Below are positions 56,731 to 64,000 of a DNA stretch of 64,000 nt, piece after piece (the first letter of the stretch is position 1; each line of letters begins with the position of its first letter). Under the pieces are notes generated by a model, which ran no database searches, was not told the origin of the DNA, and saw only the letters and a program-made list of their open reading frames with translations. Origin of the DNA: the human T2T-CHM13v2.0 reference genome, Homo sapiens; NCBI RefSeq assembly GCF_009914755.1, contig NC_060927.1; one strand, written 5' to 3'. The position numbers and the translations under genes are program-made.

Positions 56731-57035
56731 TGGAGCAGAGATTCTTAACCTCTGGTCCATGTACAGACTTTAAGAATTCTTGAAATCTTCTCTTCCAGTT
56801 GCAGCCTTAAGTATGTGCCTATCTCTGAAACAGGGGCCATAGCTTTCTTTGAATTCTCAAAGGGTTTATGACTGCCTAAAATTTGAGTCACAGGCTTAGA
56901 GAAGCAGGTGCACCTATTTTAGTCTTAAAGTAAAGATAATTTTGTATTGATGTGTAATAGATATAATTTAGCAGATCTAGGCTCATTCTCTTTTTATTTT
57001 CTTTAACTTTTTTTCCTTTTTACGATTAAATTCAG

Positions 57036-57050
57036 GACAAAAACAATATG
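57036..57050 (+). CDS. DNAJC13: Alternative 15-nt microexon (DKNNM) between exons 20 and 21
   Basis: Long pyrimidine tract, ttcag|GACAAAAACAATATG|gtgagt; phase 0-0, no stop. Confidence 0.8.
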
Positions 57051-57623
57051 GTGAGTGTAAGTTCCTGCTACGTGTGTGAAATGCATTAAGCTGCCTGGCA
57101 TGTGGAGTCATCTTTGATATTCTCTGTTTAATAAATTCAAGTCTTAACTTCACATGTGTTTGAATGTAGACACATTTCTTCTCCATTAGCTATTTCAATT
57201 TGTACTTGCTCCTCTTGGCTTTGGTAGCACTTTAACAACCTGTAATCTTTTGCATTTATTGTTGTCCCAAGGCTTTTGTGTTAACTGCATGTAAATGTTT
57301 GAAACAAGTCACTGTTTTTGACTATTTTAAATTTTATTAATCACTGTAAACTTTAACAAAATTTGGTGTTGAAACAGCTTTAGGCTACATGGAAAATACT
57401 TGAGTAACTATAGAAATATATGCTGTCAAATTATTATATGTGATATAATTTAATATCCTGTATTTATATTCATGTTTTATAGATTTTATTTATTCCGTTA
57501 ATTTTTGTTTCTGTCAAAATTTGATGAAAGAAATGTTTCTCATCACGTATAAATTGATGATCTTCTGACTAAGCCTATTTGGTAGCCCCAGATTGAGCAC
57601 TATGAAGTTTTTTTCTGTTCCAG

Positions 57624-57706
57624 AATATAAATCAGAAGCCAGTGGTTCTTCGAAAGAGAAGACAAAGAATAAAAATAGAAGCAAATTGGGATCTCTTCTA
57701 TTATAG
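57624..57706 (+). CDS. DNAJC13: DNAJC13 exon 21 (NINQKPVV...DLFYY(R))
   Basis: ttccag| ... TAG|gtaaac; 83 nt. Confidence 0.95.
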
Positions 57707-58630
57707 GTAAACTTTAGGTCTCTTTTCCAATAAAGATTAAATTTAGTATTGCCATGAGAGGCATCATGACACGTTCTTCTTCCCTGAAACTGTTGCTTTA
57801 TGCCACATGTATTTTTATGCCATCAAGTTCAGGAACTATAACTGTTAAGATTGGGGTGACTAGAGATGCTCCTAAAATTAAGGCTTTTCATAGAGTGATA
57901 GTCTGAGGAACTAAAATTACATTAAAGACTTTATTAAGGCTTAGAGATGCTTATTTTAAAAATACTTCATTACAGGCTTAGAAATAATTGCATACTTCCT
58001 AGATGGAAATGGAGTCTTAAAAGAGGCAGATGATAACATAAGACTTGTGAGAAGTGAGTGTCCAAGTTAGCTGATAGGAGGACCTTCCCTCCTATCAAAT
58101 GTGGTAACCTCTTCCCTCTTTTTATCTACCAATCTCACCCTTACCCTGCACCCCCTTCCTGGACACACACATACACACACACAGGACAGGGAAACAGTCA
58201 TTTTGGGGAGTTTGCAAAGCTTCTTTAAGATAACTCACAGTACTCACTCTGGAAACTGACATTTCAATTATACCTTGGCCAATAAAGAAAAATATGTCCT
58301 TTGAAAACTCCCCCACACTACTTTTAAAGTATACAGTATGTACATAGTATATCCTTAAGTATATGCCTTGGATTTCTCTCTCAGTTGTGTTGCGCCCCAT
58401 AGAACTTCCTTGGAACTCTGAAATGAGACTTTCTAGGAGGATTGCAGACTTGAAAGTAAGCATATGTGAAACCCATTCATCCCCAGTTAGACTTGTGCCC
58501 AAATGTTTTACAATAATTACTCCAAGCATATGAGGAAGATACTTTGAAAATGCTCAGTCATAGCTTGGCAGTTTGCAGTATTCTTTCTTGGGTAGTCTGT
58601 AAAGTCCTAACATATATAGATTGTTGCTGA

Positions 58631-59018
<388 letters not shown>

Positions 59019-59408
59019 AGTAGAATTGTTTTCTGACTGAAATTTGTATTAGCAATAAACATTGAAGTTGAAATATCAGGTGTTTTTTTTTTTAATTCAC
59101 ACAGATTTGTTTCATAGTTTAGGTTCCTTTTTTTCCTCAACTTTTTATTATGAAAACTTTCAAACATACAAAAGGTAAAAGAATTTTGCAGTGAATATCT
59201 GTATACCTACCACCAAGATTCTGTCATTAATGTTTTACTCTACTTCCTTTACACAGATTTTATTTTCTTTACTTACATTTGCTAAAATCTATTCCCCCCC
59301 CCTTTTTTTTTTTTTTTTTTTGCTTATTATAAGGTCAGTAAGGGATATTTATAGATTTTTTAAAATGCTTAGTGCATCCTGCTATTTCCTCATTATATGT
59401 ATGTCTAG

Positions 59409-59562
59409 GTTTGGTCAAGACCATGCCAGGTCAAACCTTATTTGGAATTTCAAAACACGAGAAGAACTGAAAGATACTCTTGAATCTGAAATGAGAGCAT
59501 TTAATATTGACAGAGAACTTGGAAGTGCAAATGTGATCTCCTGGAACCACCATGAGTTTGAG
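59409..59562 (+). CDS. DNAJC13: DNAJC13 exon 22 ([20 protein letters not shown]...HHEFE), includes an IWN repeat
   Basis: gtctag| ... GAG|gtaaag; 154 nt. Confidence 0.96.
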
Positions 59563-60219
59563 GTAAAGTTTGATTTTTCCAGTATATTAATCTTAAAAAA
59601 TAAAGCATGTACTATTTGGGGAGTGATTTTTTTTAAAAAAATTTGTAATTACATATCTGGTCTTTACCTTTCCCCCTTTAATGTTATGTAGGAAATACTG
59701 GAAAACTTTAATCTGTGTGTCAGACAAAAATAAAAAAATTTTGTTTAGTAACTTAGCTTTGTACCTGAGAATCATGTAAGAATTTTAATAAATTTGATTC
59801 TGTGCATTCCAAATCTATTCTTTCCTTTTTTCTTTTTTTTTCCATTTCTGGGACCTTTGAGTTCTTTTTTCATTGAAACATACCCTGTTTGCCTTGTTCC
59901 TTGTAACTTGTTTGATTTTTTTTTGTGTTAATTGATTCTGAATGTGACCATATTTTGCTGTTCTATTAAAATATTGATGTGAAGAGCAGGAGAAACAAGA
60001 AAGATGGTGGTAGTAGGTAATTTTATACGTGTGGGTGTATATATAGTTGAAGTATATTATAAACATATACAATTTAAACTATTATAGCTTTAAATTTGAA
60101 CATGTGAGTGATCCTGCGGGCTTTGATCTTTAACCCAGTTGCATTTCCATATTCCATTTGGATATGCTCATTCTTTTCTTAGCAAAATGAAAAACTTGTC
60201 TTTACTTTGTTTTGGGAGT

Positions 60220-61582
60220 CCGTATTCTGCTAGATTTTCTCCTTTTTCACTGTCTACCACTTCTCAAGTCATCTTTACTCATTTTGCTTCATCTCGCTGA
60301 CCACTAAATGTTGGCTGGCTCCAAAGTTTCAGTTCTTTGACCTCGTTCATTTTTATTCATTGCCTCAATGAAATCATTAAGTTTCATGGCTTTAAATATT
60401 TTTATTTTATTTTATTTTTTATTTTTCTGAGACACGACCTTGCTTTATTGCATAGGCTAGACTGCAGTGGTGCCATCTTTGCTCACTGCAGCCTCTGCCT
60501 CATTGGCTCAAGCAATCCTTCCACCTTCGCCTCCCCAGTAGGTGGGACCAGAGGCTTGCACCACCATGCCTAGCTAATTTTTGTATTTTTTATGGAGACG
60601 AGGTTTCACCATGTTGCCCAGTCTGGCTTTTTATTTGCTGATAGCTTCCAGATTTTTATCTCTTGCTTCGACTTTTAGCCCTAGACTTCATACTTCTATC
60701 TCATAATTGGATATCTGATAAGTATCTAGAACTTTTCTCCAAAATTGTGCTCTTGTTCTTCCCGAGCCTACTTCTCTTACAGTCTTTATGATCTTAGATA
60801 ATGACTACTCCTTATTTTCTAGTGAAAACCCTTGACATTACCTTTTATATCAAGTTTTTTAGCAAATTCCATACAGTGCACCTTCAAAATTTATTTAGAC
60901 CTTCTTGCTTTTAGATTGCAACAATGTCACTGCTTCTACTCTTGCCTCCCTGGAATCTGTTATCAACATTGGAGGGTTACCTTGTTAAATAGCAAGCACA
61001 TCATTTCTGTGCTCAAACCCTTGGTGCTCTTGTGGTTTCCCATCTCAGTTAAAATCTGAGTCCTTAAAATGACTTAAAACCAGCATCTGTGTAACCCCCA
61101 ATGCTAAGCATTGTTTCTTTTATCTCATATCCTACTCCTCCCTCTCTCACACTCTGTTCCAGCCAAATAGGCTTCTTAGAAAACACCAAATTCACATTCT
61201 TGCCTCAAGGTCGTCTTCTTTGGTGTTTCCTCTGCTTAGAATAAGGGTTTTCCACAGATAGCCTCATAACCTGTTTTCTCATCTTCAGATCTTTTGAATG
61301 TCGTTATCTGGGTGGGCCTTCCCTGGATACCTTGTTTAAAAATGCAGCCCCTTTTATACATACACACATATTTACATACACATTCTCTCTGCCTATCCCC
61401 ATTTCCTGCTTTATTTTACTCTGTAGTACTTACTGTCACCCAACTATCAAATATATTTCACTTTTTTACAGGCTTCACCTGTGAGCCTAGAAACCTTTGT
61501 TTGTTCAACTGCTGCGTCTCCAGTGCCTGGAATAGTACATGGCACACAGTGTATGCTTAATAGAAATTGAATGAATTGAATG
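60220..61582 (+). mobile_element. L2 3' region interrupted by truncated antisense AluJ (~60398-60626)
   Basis: Ends with CAGTGCCTGGAATAGTACATGGCACACAG...TGAATGAATTGAATG. Confidence 0.8.
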
Positions 61583-62265
61583 CTTAGACTTTATATAGAA
61601 AATGAAATGAAGATATATATTTGGTTTTATATAATTTATATTTTTAGAAATCTATTATTTTAGACTTCGGAAAAAGAATTCTGATCTGGGAATTCCTTTT
61701 TATAATTGCCTGAAATCTTTCCTTGAGACACACAGCCTGAGTGCAAGCATAGTGGTGGTGCCCCAACTCCTGATCTTTGACTTTGCCCTCATTTATCACC
61801 TCAATGTAGTAACATGGGGTGATTTGACATAGAAGGAATTCTTTACGAAAATGTAAAAGGTAGTTGATGTGTTGGTTTTAAGTCTGGCACATCACCAGGG
61901 ATAGAGCTGTGGGATAGAGGGAAGACCTGAAGTAGTGTATGTGTGTTGAGCAAATCATGTGTGATGCAGGACCATCTACTCCTTGCTTTTTTACGGCAAA
62001 CCCAGTAGGGAATAAAGCAGATTTTATTCCTCCTTTTTTAATTGACACCAGATAGTGCTGTGACAATTTTTATCAGCAGGTCTTACATTTATAAAATTGG
62101 TATGTAATTCTCAGCATTTAGCTAAAATAGTCATGTTAACAATATTGAATTAACAGGTATTTTAAGAAATAAGTTTTGAACAGAAAGAACTATAAGAAAC
62201 AATTATTAGAAATTGCCAAAATCTATTGTAAACTAAAATAGTGTAATTTGCTTTTGTTTATGAAG

Positions 62266-62369
62266 GTTAAATATGAGTGCCTGGCAGAGGAAATTAAAAT
62301 AGGAGACTATTACCTGAGATTACTATTGGAGGAAGATGAGAATGAAGAAAGTGGATCAATTAAGAGATC
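62266..62369 (+). CDS. DNAJC13: DNAJC13 exon 23 (VKYECLAE...GSIKR(S))
   Basis: atgaag| ... ATC|gtgagc; 104 nt. Confidence 0.95.
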
Positions 62370-62457
62370 GTGAGCTACTCTGTATATCCTGTCGCATTTG
62401 TTTTCACTGTTGGTTTCATGGCTATTTCTATTGTGAACTTTTTTTTTTTAAATCTAG

Positions 62458-62617
62458 GTATGAATTTTTCAATGAGCTTTATCATCGCTTCTTGCTCACC
62501 CCAAAAGTAAACATGAAGTGTTTATGTTTACAAGCCCTTGCTATTGTTTATGGCAGATGTCACGAAGAAATAGGACCTTTTACAGATACCAGATATATCA
62601 TTGGAATGTTAGAGAGG
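62458..62617 (+). CDS. DNAJC13: DNAJC13 exon 24 (YEFFNELY...IGMLER), contains codon N855
   Basis: atctag| ... AGG|gtaagg; 160 nt; preceded by an 88-nt intron. Confidence 0.96.
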
Positions 62618-63039
62618 GTAAGGATATCATTTAAGGAAATTACTATTTGATAGTGTCACTAGGGTATGTGTTAAATTTTAAAAACTAAATTTAAATTCTG
62701 TTTGATCACATTATTACTGTAACTTTCTGCATTCATTTTTCTGTAATTTATACTTATTTAAATCTGAGTTAGATGAATAGGAAAATGAATAATGGGTTAG
62801 AATTTGTCCATGTCACTTTATGTGTTTCAGTTACTGTTTTCAAATGACTTTAGTTGACCTACTTGTCAGTCTTTAAGTATGGATGAGTTGGACAGGTGTA
62901 TAAAAGAAATGGTGACTTGTAGAGTTGTATGTACCTTTGATTTTCCATTTTGGAAAAATCTTAATTGATGCTACCATACTAAATTTAGAAGTGTGAAGAT
63001 AGTAAAAACCTTTTAAAACTACAATGCTACCCTTCCAAA

Positions 63040-63236
63040 AAAGAAACCTTGAGTTAGCACTCTACAAAAAATTTTATACAGTTTGTCAAATAAAAAAATT
63101 AGTGGACGTGGTGGCATGTACCTGGTGGTTCACCTGGAAGTGGGAGGATCACTTGAACCCAGGAGGTTGAGGCTGCAGTGAGCTGTGATCACACTCCAGC
63201 CTGGATGACAGAGCAAGACCTTGTCTCAAAAAAAAT
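63040..63236 (+). mobile_element. Degraded AluJ/FRAM
   Basis: GGGAGGATCACTTGAACCCAGGAGG...GACCTTGTCTCAAAA. Confidence 0.8.
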
Positions 63237-63703
63237 TTTTTTATTTTAAGAATTTGTCATTTAACATTTGAACATGGTGGAGGGGACAAATTAATCAATT
63301 CATCATGCAGCTCATTTGATTGCTGCCTGTTTGTTGCAGTGTATATGTTTTATACTTTCTTTTGTGTTTACATCCTTTTACTTCAAGTATCATTTGGACC
63401 AATTATTTCACTTACATTATTTCACTTACTTGAATTTTTACTTATCTCCTTAAAGCTATATATTAATCTGATGACTTTAAAATGTCTGCCTTTCTAGGGA
63501 GATTAGACAAGTTATATAAAGAATGTAATTTTCAGGATTCATTAAGGAATTGCAATAATTGACAGATTTCTATGATTTTTCTCCTTAATGTTTATAAAAT
63601 GGCATTACTTCTTATGGGCTGTTGGTTTATTTTGTCTAGTAATAGTAATACCTTAATTTTTATTTCTATTCACTTCTGACCAGATTCTCATTTATTTCAA
63701 TAG

Positions 63704-63766
63704 TGCACAGATAAACTTGAACGAGATAGGTTGATTCTCTTCCTTAACAAGTTGATCCTTAATAAG
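63704..63766 (+). CDS. DNAJC13: DNAJC13 exon 25 (CTDKLERDRLILFLNKLILNK)
   Basis: caatag| ... AAG|gtacag; 63 nt. Confidence 0.94.
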
Positions 63767-64000
63767 GTACAGTAGTTTCGCATACATACATTGTTATTTC
63801 CAAGTCATATAAGTATGTAAGATAAACTCACAGTTTGAGTTGATTATCCAGGGAGTGTTCTTTTCTGTCTTCTCCTTTTTAGACAGAAAGTTCTGTGTGC
63901 TCTAATCTCCTGGAGGGAGAGGTTTTTGTCAGTATTCCCTGTATAGTCTGTCTTAATATTGTGGGTGCAGAATGAATTAATGATAATAAAATTCTGAATG

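Noticed and set aside
54421-56783. Many long overlapping ORFs (up to 244 aa) on both strands
   Set aside because: Stop-poor GC-rich SVA VNTR/SINE-R sequence; repetitive P/G/R translations, not genes
59191-59691. 166-aa ORF
   Set aside because: Only 59409-59562 is exon 22; the rest is intronic read-through
62336-62650. ORF spanning the 88-nt intron 23
   Set aside because: Starts out of frame with exon 23; retaining 88 nt would frameshift; chance openness

Overview
AT-rich mammalian genomic DNA, almost certainly human given the Alus and a hominid-specific SVA. It holds the 5' part of DNAJC13 (RME-8, an endosomal DnaJ co-chaperone) on the + strand. A CpG-island promoter and non-coding exon 1 lie at ~1.6-2.4 kb, followed by 24 coding exons (exons 2-25, 19029-63766). 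All have GT-AG boundaries and splice in frame into the first 924 aa ([26 protein letters not shown]...RDRLILFLNKLILNK); the gene continues past the window. Introns are full of Alu, L1, L2, MIR and DNA-transposon relics. Highlights: (1) an in-frame 15-nt microexon (DKNNM, 57036-57050) with downstream RBFOX motifs, ~290 bp from a full-length antisense SVA; (2) a perfect TISU/YY1 element whose ATG opens an 8-codon uORF rather than the main ORF; (3) a trimeric AluY next to exon 2; (4) a locally templated ~50-bp insertion inside an AluJ; (5) a dispersed 58-bp intronic duplication; (6) several nested transposons. Almost all short ORFs in the supplied track are repeat-derived or intronic noise. I found no evidence of a new multi-gene system. 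Repeat subfamilies were called by eye and repeat boundaries are approximate.
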